DNA of 64,000 nt from a bacterium (GTDB taxonomy: Bacteria > Hinthialibacterota > Hinthialibacteria > Hinthialibacterales > Hinthialibacteraceae), in assembly GCA_963663405.2 (NCBI GenBank), contig CAXXSM010000076.1:64001-128000 (forward strand). Direction: 5' to 3'. The translations under genes and the position numbers were made by a program. Shown here piece by piece: positions 1-9,723 of this stretch; within the stretch, counting starts at the first letter, position 1, and each line of letters starts with the position of its first letter. The notes beneath the pieces are model-generated. The model was given only the letters and a program-made list of their open reading frames with translations, searched no databases and was not told the DNA's origin.

Positions 1-126
1 CCGGCGTTGGTCTTACTCTTAATCGAGATGCTGCTCACGGATCGTAAGAAGATCAAACCAAAGATTACCGTCCAAGAAAAATCCGTGGAATTACAAGAAC
101 GCGCAGGCGCGCAGCCCGTGGAATAA
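1..126 (+). CDS. 3' end of an upstream gene, probably BatB-like vWA membrane protein (partial)
   Basis: Frame 1 reads PALVLLLIEMLLTDRKK...PVE-stop. The hydrophobic LLLIEMLL helix is typical of BatB C-termini, and it lies directly before batC/D/E-like genes. Confidence 0.5.
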   Translation, partial: PALVLLLIEMLLTDRKKIKPKITVQEKSVELQERAGAQPVE

Positions 127-164
127 AACGGCGTGGCCGTTTAAAAAAAGGAGGCGACGGTTCA

Positions 165-986
165 ATGAAAATACATGCAACATCCCCGCTCGGATTTTTC
201 CTGATCGCGGTTCTCGCGTCCACCCAAATCGGATGGATCAATCCCCTCCGGGAAAAAGTGGAAGCCGCCAATCAATTATTCGAACAAGGCGAATTCGAAA
301 CGGCCATCCAGCGGTATACCGACATCGCCGCCACCTATGCGCCCGAATCCGATGAAATGCACTTCAACATCGGCGCGGCGTGGTACCGGCAGGAAAATTA
401 CGAAAAGGCGATCGAAGAATACACGTCCGCGACCGCCGCGTCTGATGTGAATCTGGCGGCGCAGGCGCATTACGGCATTGGCAATTGCAAATTCAAAATG
501 GAAGACTACGCCGGCGCGATTGAATCTTACATCAACGCTCTCAATCTGGTTCCCGAAGACGAAGACGCAAAATACAATCTGGAAGTCGCCCGCCGTAAAT
601 TGAAAGACCAGATGGATAAATCCAAAGACCAACAGCAGCAACAACAACAGCAACAGCAGCAGCAGCAACAGGACCAACAACAACAAAACCAACAAAATCA
701 AGACGAACAACAAGACCAACAGCAACAACAACAGCCTCAAGAACAAGAAGGGGAAGAGGAACAAGATCAACAAGAACAACAACAGCCCCAAGAACAACAA
801 GAAGAAGACGAACAAGACCAGCAAAAACAACAGCAAGCGCAACAACAGGAACAACCCCAAAAGGAAATGACGAAAGAACAGGCGATGCAGCTCTTGAAAA
901 GTCTCGAAGATGACGAACAAGACAAACGCCGGGAATACAAACAGCAACCCTCCCAAGGTACCCGGCGAACCAGTAAAGACTGGTAA
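165..986 (+). CDS. batC: BatC-like TPR protein with Gln-rich linker
   Basis: TPR motifs (FNIGAAWY, YGIGNCKF, AKYNLE), poly-Q linker, C-terminal M(T)KEQA..LL and terminal KDW; bat operon context; GGAGG RBS. Confidence 0.75.
   Translation: MKIHATSPLGFFLIAVLASTQIGWINPLREKVEAANQLFEQGEFETAIQRYTDIAATYAPESDEMHFNIGAAWYRQENYEKAIEEYTSATAASDVNLAAQAHYGIGNCKFKMEDYAGAIESYINALNLVPEDEDAKYNLEVARRKLKDQMDKSKDQQQQQQQQQQQQQQDQQQQNQQNQDEQQDQQQQQQPQEQEGEEEQDQQEQQQPQEQQEEDEQDQQKQQQAQQQEQPQKEMTKEQAMQLLKSLEDDEQDKRREYKQQPSQGTRRTSKDW
630..860 (+). repeat. CAA/CAG-rich low-complexity coding repeat (poly-Gln/Glu)
   Basis: Runs of CAA/CAG/GAA codons inside batC. Confidence 0.9.
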
Positions 987-1001
987 GGAGAAGAGACGAT
1001 T

Positions 1002-2849
1002 ATGAAGTTCCACTGTCCATCTCCCCATCAATCGAGATACTTATTTCTATTTTCTTTCGTGAGTCTGCTGATGGGCGTCCTGCTTTTCACCGCTCCAAGC
1101 GCCAACGCGGAAGTGCAGGTGACAATATCGGTTGATCAGACGGTCCTGCGCTTGGAGGAAAGTACGCAGCTCACTATCACCATCACGTACGGCAATGACG
1201 ACAATGTCAGTGAACTCAAATTGCCTCCTGTTGAAGGCCTGCAATTCATCCAAGGGGGGACATCCCGCAACTACTCCAGCGTCAATGGTGTCATTTCCTA
1301 CTCGCTCGAAGTCCGCTATCAAGTGATTGCGCTGAAAGAAGGAAAATATAACCTGACCGGCATCGCTGTCCCCACGCCTAAGGGAGACGCGGCCGCCAAA
1401 CCCATCACCGTCACCGTCCTGGGAGCCAACGCGCCGACTCCGACCCCCAATCCCAGATCCCTCCGCGCCCCAGCCAACCGGTATGGCGTGCACTGTCTCT
1501 GCGAAGTCAACAAAGAAGAAGCCTATGTAGGGGAAGAGATTCTCCTTACCTACGGTGTCATGTATCCATACAACCTGCGTTTAAATTTAAATAGCCTGGA
1601 AGACCACCGGGGGCAGTTTGAAGGATTCTGGACAGAAAAATTTGACCTAACGAAGAAACGTCAGCAGACCCGGCGGCAAATCGGCAGCCAGGTTTACATT
1701 GAATATCCGTTGATGCGCTATATGCTTTTTCCTCTGACACCGGGGGAACACACGATTAAACCACTCCCCCTGACCTGCCAGGTTCCAGTAAGCAGCCGCA
1801 GCCGTATGAACTTTATTTTAGGGCGGATGGAAGATCTCACAGTATCATCCGAACCAATAAAGATCAAAGTCAAACCCTTGCCGGAAGAAGGCAAACCTGA
1901 TATTTTCGAAGGGGCGGTCGGGACCTTCAATCTTGACAGCCGCGTCAACACTTCTGAAGTCAAAGAAGGAGATCCTGTCACCCTGACCGTCACTCTCGAA
2001 GGATTTGGCGCCATTCATAATGCGCCCAAACCGGTCCTGCCGGATATCTCGCGCTTCGAAATGTACGATCCGATTAAGAATGAAAACATTGATGTGACCA
2101 TCGACGGCGTTCGGGGGCGGATAGAATATCAATACCCATTAATTCCACACGATATCAAAGCAAACAAAATCGGGCCGGTGCGGTTCGCGTATTTCGATCC
2201 GGAAAAAGAAGAATATGTGACCCTGGAAACCAAACCCATTACCCTGAACATACTTCCATCCCGTCTGGGACCAAGAGGAAGCGGCCCCAGCGGTGTAAAT
2301 CGTCGTTTTATCACGCGGGTGAGTGATGATTTCCGCTTCATCGCCGTCACACCCTTCGCGCTCTCTACGGTCATCTTGCCGCAGCACCAGCGCTCATTCT
2401 ACTGGCTCGTTCTTCTCGCGCCCCTGTTTCTTATATCAGCGGTGTATCTCTGGAAACAAAGGATGGATTTCTTTGCACAAAATCCGGATAAACTGAAAAG
2501 CAAAAAAGCCCCCCGATTGGCGAACCGCCTCTTGTCTACAGCCCGGTCCGCCATCAATGAAGGGAATCCCGGACAAGTCTACGCCGCATTATCTAAAGCG
2601 GTCACGGATTACATCTCTCATCGCTGGAATCTATCCTGCGCTGGATTGACTACTAATGAACTCCGTCATGCGATGCAGAAATGTGGCGTCCCGGAGGATT
2701 GCTGTGAATCCGTCGTGAACGCGCTGGAAGAGTTTGACCGCGCCCGGTTTTCTGGCGACCGCTCGGAAATACCGGAGATGCGCAAGGCCTACCAGCGGAC
2801 GGAAAGCGTTCTTTCCGCCTTAATGAAACAAAAAACGAGAAAGGGATAG
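1002..2849 (+). CDS. batD: BatD family protein (oxygen tolerance/BatD repeats)
   Basis: Signal peptide, repeated Ig-like BatD modules (VKPLP...GAVGTF, V..GDPVTLTV, YFDP...Y.TL), C-terminal TM helix and helical domain. Confidence 0.85.
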   Translation: MKFHCPSPHQSRYLFLFSFVSLLMGVLLFTAPSANAEVQVTISVDQTVLRLEESTQLTITITYGNDDNVSELKLPPVEGLQFIQGGTSRNYSSVNGVISYSLEVRYQVIALKEGKYNLTGIAVPTPKGDAAAKPITVTVLGANAPTPTPNPRSLRAPANRYGVHCLCEVNKEEAYVGEEILLTYGVMYPYNLRLNLNSLEDHRGQFEGFWTEKFDLTKKRQQTRRQIGSQVYIEYPLMRYMLFPLTPGEHTIKPLPLTCQVPVSSRSRMNFILGRMEDLTVSSEPIKIKVKPLPEEGKPDIFEGAVGTFNLDSRVNTSEVKEGDPVTLTVTLEGFGAIHNAPKPVLPDISRFEMYDPIKNENIDVTIDGVRGRIEYQYPLIPHDIKANKIGPVRFAYFDPEKEEYVTLETKPITLNILPSRLGPRGSGPSGVNRRFITRVSDDFRFIAVTPFALSTVILPQHQRSFYWLVLLAPLFLISAVYLWKQRMDFFAQNPDKLKSKKAPRLANRLLSTARSAINEGNPGQVYAALSKAVTDYISHRWNLSCAGLTTNELRHAMQKCGVPEDCCESVVNALEEFDRARFSGDRSEIPEMRKAYQRTESVLSALMKQKTRKG

Positions 2850-2851
2850 GG

Positions 2852-3692
2852 ATGCGGAATCGATAATAAAGATAGATACCATCAGGCGAATCGGACGGTT
2901 CGTTTCTATCACCGTTCTTTTCGTCATTCTGTTTGTTTTACCCACTGACGCGCAGCCCAAATATCCCGAAGGCTATTATTCAGGGCTGAACCGGGAGGAA
3001 ATCTTCCAACGGGCGAGTGAATTTTACCGGAACGCCGAACCGGAAAAAGCGCTGAATGGATTTCTCTACTTGGTCGAATTAGGCGTCACAAACGGATACC
3101 TATACTACAATCTCGGTAATACCTACTACCATTGGGAGAAGTGGGAAACGCGATTCTCTGGTACGAACGGGCGAGCCGGTACCTCACACGGTTTGATGAT
3201 CTTCACTATAACTACGAATACGCCCGGAGCAAACTGGCCGACGAAGAATTCCGCCTGCCGGAACCGGGTGGAACTGTAGGCTTCTTTCTCTCGCTGCACA
3301 ACGCGTTGAACTTAAATGAAAGCCTCTGGTTCACGGCGGCGATGTTTTGGATTTTCGCGCTGGTTCTCGCTTGCTGGATCTATGTTCGATCCGAGCAGTG
3401 GAAACGATGGCTTCGAATCCCTTGCTGGATACTAGGCGCCGCTGTTATACTATTTATTTCATCTACGAGTGTGAAACTCTATCAGTATGAATATGTGTCC
3501 ACGGCCATTGTCATGCGGCCGGCTTTGGATGTGAAAACGGGACCCGGTGAAGATTTCTCTACGAATTTCACGCTGCATGAAGGAACCCAAGTTCGCGTCG
3601 TTCAGCGTCAAAACGGCTGGTCACGTATCATCATGCCCGGTAAAGCGTCGTTCACCGGCTGGATTCCAGATTTATCCATCACTGAAGTATAA
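2852..3692 (+). CDS. batE: BatE-like TPR + SH3b protein, frameshifted near 3132 (start uncertain)
   Basis: Frame 1 gives signal peptide...LYYNLGNTYYH, continuing in frame 3 as LGEVGNAILWYERA...TLHEGTQV...GWI. CATTGGGA needs one more T. The ATG at 2852 is also out of frame with the N-terminal part. Confidence 0.75.
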
Positions 3693-3776
3693 TACGACGT
3701 ATTTTTATATAAGGAAATTAATCATTAATTAATCCTAATTCTATAAATAAAGAACAATCGGAGGAGAAAAGAACAG

Positions 3777-5428
3777 ATGGCTGTTAAGGACTTGCAATTT
3801 GAAGAGGCGGCCCGCCTTGGATTACTTAAAGGAATCGAAAAACTCGCGCGGGCGGTCAAAGTCACCTTGGGTCCCGTGGACGCAATGTCGTCATTGACAA
3901 AAACTTCGGAAGCCCCACGGTCACCAAAGACGGCGTCACCGTGGCCAAAGAGATTGATCTCGAATGCCCCATGCAGAACATGGGCGCCCGTTTGGTCCGT
4001 GAAGTGGCTTCGAAAACAAGCGATCTCGCTGGAGACGGCACCACCACCGCGACGATCCTGACCGAAGCGATCTACAAAAATGGACTAAAAATGGTCGCCG
4101 CCGGGCATCATCCTATGGCCTTGAAGCGGGGGATTGACAAAGCCGTCGACGCCGCCATCGACAAAGTCTACTCCATCGCCAAGCGCGTCAAAGATAAAAG
4201 CGAAGTCGCTCAAGTGGCGTCCATCTCTTCCAATAATGATCCCGAAATCGGCAACCTGATCGCGGAAGCGATGGAAACCGTCGGTCAGGATGGCGTCATC
4301 ACGGTCGAAGAAGGCAAAGGCCTGCAAATGGAACTGGACATGGTCGAAGGAATGCAGTTCGACCGGGGCTATCTCTCTCCCTACTTCGTCACCGATCCCG
4401 AACGGATGGAATGCGTGATGGAGAAACCGCTCATTCTGCTGCATGAAAAGAAACTTTCTTCCTTGAACGACCTGCTTCCTTTGCTCGAAAAAACCCACCA
4501 TAGTGGACGCCCGCTGCTCATCATCGCCGAAGATGTTGAAGGCGAAGCGCTCTCGGCGCTGGTCGTCAACAAAATTCGTGGCGTTCTCAACGTTGCGGCG
4601 ATCAAAGCCCCTGGATTTGGGGATCGGCGGAAAGCCATGCTGATCGACATCGGCATTCTGACCGGCGGCCAGGTGATTTCAGAAGAATTGGGTATTCAAC
4701 TCGAAGGCGTAGACATCAAAGATTTAGGAACCGCGGAAAAAGTCACGATCGACAAAGACCGCATTACGATCATTGAAGGCGGCGGTAAAAAAGCCGATAT
4801 CAAAAACCGCGCCGATCAGCTGCGCCAGATGATTATCGAAACCACGTCCGACTACGACCGGGAAAAATACCAGGAACGGTTGGCGAAACTGGCGGGTGGT
4901 GTGGCGATCATCCGCGTCGGCGCCGCGACGGAAGCCGAAATGAAAGAGAAAAAAGCGCGCGTTGAAGACGCCCTGCACGCCACCCGCGCCGCGATTGAAG
5001 AAGGCATCGTCCCCGGTGGCGGTATCGCTCTCCTGCGCTCTATCAAAGCAATTGAAAAAATGGATTTGGAAGGCGATGAAAAAGTCGGCGCCCAGATCCT
5101 CGCCGCCGCTCTCATTGAACCCGCCAAACAAATCGCTGACAACGCGGGCAAAGAAGGAATGGCGATCGTTGAACGGCTGAAAAAAGAAAAAGTCAATGTC
5201 GGCTTTAACGCCGCCAAAGATGAGATCGAAGATCTGGTCAAAGCGGGTGTCATTGATCCCGCGAAAGTGGCGCGCACAGCGCTTCAAAACGCCGCCAGTA
5301 TCTCCGGCCTGCTCTTGACAACCGACGCGGTTGTCGTTGAAATCCCCGAACCTGAACCCCCCATGCCCGCTGGCGGACCGGGTGGTGGAATGCCGGGTGG
5401 AATGCCGGGCGGTATGCCAATGATGTAA
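3777..5428 (+). CDS. groL: Chaperonin GroEL (Cpn60), 1-nt frameshift at 3873-3875
   Basis: MAVKDLQF...VKVTLGP then RGRNVV...[13 protein letters not shown] in the next frame (GGTCCCGTGGA lacks one C); [18 protein letters not shown] and GGM tail all present. Confidence 0.97.
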
Positions 5429-5434
5429 AAAATC

Positions 5435-6811
5435 ATGAACCAATCCACTTTGGATACAGCGAAATCAAACAACAGCCCGTGGACTTACACGGGCTGTTTT
5501 CTTCAACGCCACTGGCTTTTTCTAGTGACGGGATTATTTTTGTTTTTCTGGATCTATCGATCCCACTACTATTCCGGCGACGGCGATCAACTCTCGCGGA
5601 TGGTCGAAGCCGGGCTGTGGATGGTGCAGACCGAACTGACCTCCCAAGCGATCTTTCAACTCTTCTACCAGATTCTCTCCCCCTACGGATGGACCGGTTT
5701 GAATGTGATCAACTTGGTCTCCTGCCTGGCGGGAGCGATGGCGATCGGCGTTTTGATCCGCTTCAACCGGGATTTTATACGAGTGGATATACTCTGGCCG
5801 CTGGGACTGTTCTTCTCCTCCGGTTTCTTTCTTTTCTGCAATGGACACACGGAATATTACACGCTCTTTTTAGCGACCCTATTCTATTATGGATACGCGG
5901 GTGTGAGTTACCTGCGTGGAACTGGCTCCCTGTTTCACGCCGCTTTTGCCTATTCCACCGCCGTCTGGATGCATTTAGGAATTCTCTTTGCGTTTCCATC
6001 CCTGCTGCTTCTTCTCGTTCTTAAATGGAACCAAAAGGAACTTCCCGGATTTTTTTACGGCCTGCTGTTCCTCGTAGCGGCGTTTTTTATGAAAGAGTAT
6101 TACTATCTGCTAGGGGTTGAAGTGCAGGGCCTGTCTCCCTCGAATAATTACATTCCACTCTTCCACGATCCCAGTGGGGAACGCTTTTATACAATGTTCG
6201 AATGGGGACACTTGGCGGATATCATCTACGCCTGGCTCGCTCGATCGTGGATTTTCTGGCCCGCCATCCTATGGGGAATCTCGCTGGAGGGGATACGGAG
6301 CGTTTGCAAGCCGGAACGTCTCTTCCTGTTTGCGTACACGCTCTGTTTCACTGGATTTACACTGGTCTGGCATCCAAATCTAGGCATCCATCAGGATTGG
6401 GATCTTTTCGCGATCGAAGCGGCGCCATGCCTTCTGCTTCTGTTAACCTATCTTCCTACAATACTGCGAAATTCCTTCCGCCGCCGCGCGCTCGCCGCGC
6501 CGGTGATCGCTTCCATTCTTATCATGTTCGCCAGCGTCAAGAACGAAGCCCACTTTGAACGGCGCAACTATGGTTCCTTGCAGATCGATCTTTCCCAGCC
6601 GGTCGAAACGAGCGTAACGCTGAACGGTCATATGAAAAGCGAATCGATCTCTTCATTGCGTGAGGGAGTCTATAGTGTCAAAGCGATTGACACCGATCAT
6701 TTCCGCGTGCATGACTTCTACGTCTGGATCGTGCCGGATCGTGAAACCGTAGTTCCACTCCAGACCGGCCCTGAGGAAGGGAGAGGACGGCCCGCCTCCC
6801 GATTTCACTAA
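5435..6811 (+). CDS. Polytopic membrane protein, possibly GT-C/DUF2723-like glycosyltransferase
   Basis: About 10 hydrophobic segments, acidic loop YYSGDGDQL after TM1, TEYY and QDWDLF motifs, soluble C-terminal beta domain. Confidence 0.4.
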   Translation: MNQSTLDTAKSNNSPWTYTGCFLQRHWLFLVTGLFLFFWIYRSHYYSGDGDQLSRMVEAGLWMVQTELTSQAIFQLFYQILSPYGWTGLNVINLVSCLAGAMAIGVLIRFNRDFIRVDILWPLGLFFSSGFFLFCNGHTEYYTLFLATLFYYGYAGVSYLRGTGSLFHAAFAYSTAVWMHLGILFAFPSLLLLLVLKWNQKELPGFFYGLLFLVAAFFMKEYYYLLGVEVQGLSPSNNYIPLFHDPSGERFYTMFEWGHLADIIYAWLARSWIFWPAILWGISLEGIRSVCKPERLFLFAYTLCFTGFTLVWHPNLGIHQDWDLFAIEAAPCLLLLLTYLPTILRNSFRRRALAAPVIASILIMFASVKNEAHFERRNYGSLQIDLSQPVETSVTLNGHMKSESISSLREGVYSVKAIDTDHFRVHDFYVWIVPDRETVVPLQTGPEEGRGRPASRFH

Positions 6812-6982
6812 TCCTATCGAAATCCACCGCGTTAGGCAAAAGTTAGCCAGTTTGTCCGTTCGAAGCGCTTTGTTTCCGCCCATTCCTGCCTTACAATGGT
6901 ATCGGTTGTTTTTGGATTCATTGAATACAACATCTTACATTAAGAAGAAGATTCCCCAATATTGGGATGTATAGGAGTGAGA

Positions 6983-8002
6983 ATGATGAAAATATTCACA
7001 GTAAAAAATTCACTGGTGATGCTGATCTCTTTATTCATGCTGACTGTCTTTTGGAGCTGCGGCGGTTCCTCCGATGATACGGGCGGCAAAGAGACAAAAG
7101 CGGAAGCGAAATATACGATCGGCGTAATTCCCAAAGGCACGGCGCATGTCTTCTGGCTCTCCATTCACGCCGGAGCGCGTACCGCGGGGAAAGAATTCGG
7201 GGCGGAAATCATTTGGAACGGCCCCCAAACCGAAACCATGAAAAACCAGCAGATCGAGATCGTCCAGGATTTCATCGTCAAGAAAGTCGACGGCATCGTT
7301 CTCGCTCCCCAAGATGAAAACGCTCTCGCGCAGGTCGTCGAATCCGTCGCGCAGGCCCGGATTCCCTGCGTGATTATCGATTCCGGCATCAATACAGATC
7401 AATACGTTAGTTTCGTCGCCACGGATAATTATCTGGGTGGAGTCACCGCCGCCAAAGAGATGGCGCGTCTCCTCAATAACAAAGGCACGGTCATCGTCAC
7501 CAAAGTCGATCCCGGCAGCGCGTCCACCAACGCAAGAGAAAAAGGCTTCGAAGACACATTGCGAAAAGATTTCCCCGATGTCAAAATCATCGATTCACAA
7601 TACGGCTACAGCGACCGCGACAAATCACGCTCCGCCACTGAAGATATGCTTACTGTTCATCCTGATGTGAACGCCATCTTCGGCCCGAATGAAAGCAGCA
7701 CCCACGGCGCCCTGATGGCCCTTCGCGGCCTCAACTTGGCGGGTAAGAAAATCTTCGTCGGATTCGACTCATCCAAAGACCTCGTAGAAGCGCTCGAAAA
7801 GAAAGAAATCAACGCCCTGGTTCTCCAAAATCCATTCAACATGGGCTACGAAGGCGTCAAAACAATCGTGGACCATCTGGAAGGTAAAGAAGTCAGCAAA
7901 CGAATCGACACGGGTGTCTATCTCGTCACGCCGGATAATATGAACCAACCGGAAATGCAAAAACTGCTTTCCCCGGATCTATCAATTCTCCAGGAGGGAT
8001 GA
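6983..8002 (+). CDS. Sugar ABC transporter substrate-binding lipoprotein (RbsB-like)
   Basis: Lipobox FWSC, GVIPKGT..FW, VATDNY.GG, VGFD, QNPFNMGY motifs; AGGAG RBS before the ATG at 6983. Confidence 0.92.
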   Translation: MMKIFTVKNSLVMLISLFMLTVFWSCGGSSDDTGGKETKAEAKYTIGVIPKGTAHVFWLSIHAGARTAGKEFGAEIIWNGPQTETMKNQQIEIVQDFIVKKVDGIVLAPQDENALAQVVESVAQARIPCVIIDSGINTDQYVSFVATDNYLGGVTAAKEMARLLNNKGTVIVTKVDPGSASTNAREKGFEDTLRKDFPDVKIIDSQYGYSDRDKSRSATEDMLTVHPDVNAIFGPNESSTHGALMALRGLNLAGKKIFVGFDSSKDLVEALEKKEINALVLQNPFNMGYEGVKTIVDHLEGKEVSKRIDTGVYLVTPDNMNQPEMQKLLSPDLSILQEG

Positions 8003-8128
8003 AACGGAACTAAGCATAGATCTATTACTTTATAAAAAACTCCACGGTTAAGATATGCATCATATTCAATGCACTCGTAAGTTTCATCTTACACGCGCTT
8101 TATTACTGATTAATGGGGAGGGATACGC

Positions 8129-9643
8129 TTGACTGATTCCCTTCTTTGTATGCGGAACATCCATAAAACCTTCGGCGCGACACGCGCTCTTATTGGCGTC
8201 GATCTGGAGGTAAAACCCGGCCAGGTGCATGTTCTCGTAGGAGAAAATGGGGCCGGAAAAAGCACATTGATGAAGGTCCTGACAGGCGTGCACCAGCCTG
8301 ATGAAGGGGAGATCCTGTTTTTAGGAAAACCGTTCAAGGCTTTCCATCCCAAGCAGGCCCTCATGGCCGGGATCGCCATGATCTACCAGGAATTCAACCT
8401 GGCGCTCCACCTCCCCGTTCATTCCAATATCTTTCTCGGCCATGAAGAATCCTCTCGTGGAATCGTGAAAGCGCGGGAACAGCGCGAACGCGCCAAGGAG
8501 ATTTTCCAACGCCTCGATTCCGATATCGATCCCGATATCCCCGTCAATCATTTAGGCGTCGCCCAGCGGCAACTCGTCGAAATCGCCCGCGCGCTCAGCG
8601 TCGACGCGAAGCTGATCGTCATGGATGAACCAACCGCCGCCCTCTCTGAAAAAGAGACCAAGAAACTCTTCGAAGCGATTCGCTCATTGCAAAAGACCGG
8701 TGTCGGGATCATTTACATCTCCCATTATCTGGAAGAATTCGGCGAGATCGGCGATGTCTTCACCGTTCTGCGCGACGGCGAACGGGTGGGATACGGCGAA
8801 ATGGCGTCCATAACGCCTGACGACCTGATTCAAATGATGGTGGGCCGCACCATCGACGATCTCTACCCGCGCACACCCCACACATTTGGCGAAACGATCT
8901 TCTCCGTCCGGAACCTCAACAGCGCCAACGGCACGCGGAATGTGGATCTGGAAGTGCGGGCGGGCGAGATCGTGGGAGTCGCCGGATTGGTCGGCGCAGG
9001 GCGGACAGAAATGATGCGGGCGCTCTTCGGCCTCGATCCAGGGCATATGGATGATCTAAACGTCGCAGGTGTCACCGTGCTTCCACCGACGCCAAGAAAA
9101 CTTCTCCAGAACCAAGCTGGACTCTTAAGCGAAGACCGCGCCGGCGAGGGCTTAGCCCAGGATATGACCATCGCCGTCAATATCACGCTCTCCATCCCGG
9201 AAAAAGTCAGCCGCTATGGAGTGCTTTCACTTGATAAAATCCGCGCTATCTCCTCCGATCTCATTCAGCGTGTGGGGATCAAGGCGGAATCGGGCGATCA
9301 GAAAGTCAATCAACTGTCGGGTGGCAATCAGCAGAAAGTCGCGCTCGCCCGTCTGCTTGGAGCCGGGATCAAAGCCATGCTGCTAGACGAGCCGACACGG
9401 GGCGTGGATGTTGGCTCAAAAGTCGAGATCTACCGTTTGATCGACGCTCTCGCCAACGAACAGAACGGCCTCGTCATGGTATCCAGTTACCTGCCCGAAT
9501 TGTTTGGGATGTGTGATTCACTTTATGTGATGTCCCGTGGACGCCTAAGCCGCAAATACGCCATCGACGAAATCAACGAAGACGGCGTAATGGTCCTGGC
9601 GACGGGATTGTCAGTTGATTTGGAAATAAAGACCGGTTCGTGA
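8129..9643 (+). CDS. Sugar ABC transporter ATP-binding protein (RbsA-like, two NBDs)
   Basis: GENGAGKST, MDEPT, LSGGNQQKV, LDEPTRGVDVG. Confidence 0.95.
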   Translation: MTDSLLCMRNIHKTFGATRALIGVDLEVKPGQVHVLVGENGAGKSTLMKVLTGVHQPDEGEILFLGKPFKAFHPKQALMAGIAMIYQEFNLALHLPVHSNIFLGHEESSRGIVKAREQRERAKEIFQRLDSDIDPDIPVNHLGVAQRQLVEIARALSVDAKLIVMDEPTAALSEKETKKLFEAIRSLQKTGVGIIYISHYLEEFGEIGDVFTVLRDGERVGYGEMASITPDDLIQMMVGRTIDDLYPRTPHTFGETIFSVRNLNSANGTRNVDLEVRAGEIVGVAGLVGAGRTEMMRALFGLDPGHMDDLNVAGVTVLPPTPRKLLQNQAGLLSEDRAGEGLAQDMTIAVNITLSIPEKVSRYGVLSLDKIRAISSDLIQRVGIKAESGDQKVNQLSGGNQQKVALARLLGAGIKAMLLDEPTRGVDVGSKVEIYRLIDALANEQNGLVMVSSYLPELFGMCDSLYVMSRGRLSRKYAIDEINEDGVMVLATGLSVDLEIKTGS

Positions 9644-9723
9644 TGTAATACGATCGATCCATTCGTGGATTTCTTTGCCTCTTCCGGTCTGTATGTTTTG
9701 TCAATCGATCACTGAGGAACAAT

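Noticed and set aside
276-1031. 251-aa Leu-rich minus-strand ORF
   Set aside because: Antisense shadow of the CAA/CAG-rich batC.
3870-3880. Programmed frameshift or true pseudogene in groEL
   Set aside because: Single missing C in a homopolymer, no slippery heptamer, protein otherwise intact, and a similar indel 740 bp earlier; a sequencing error is more likely.
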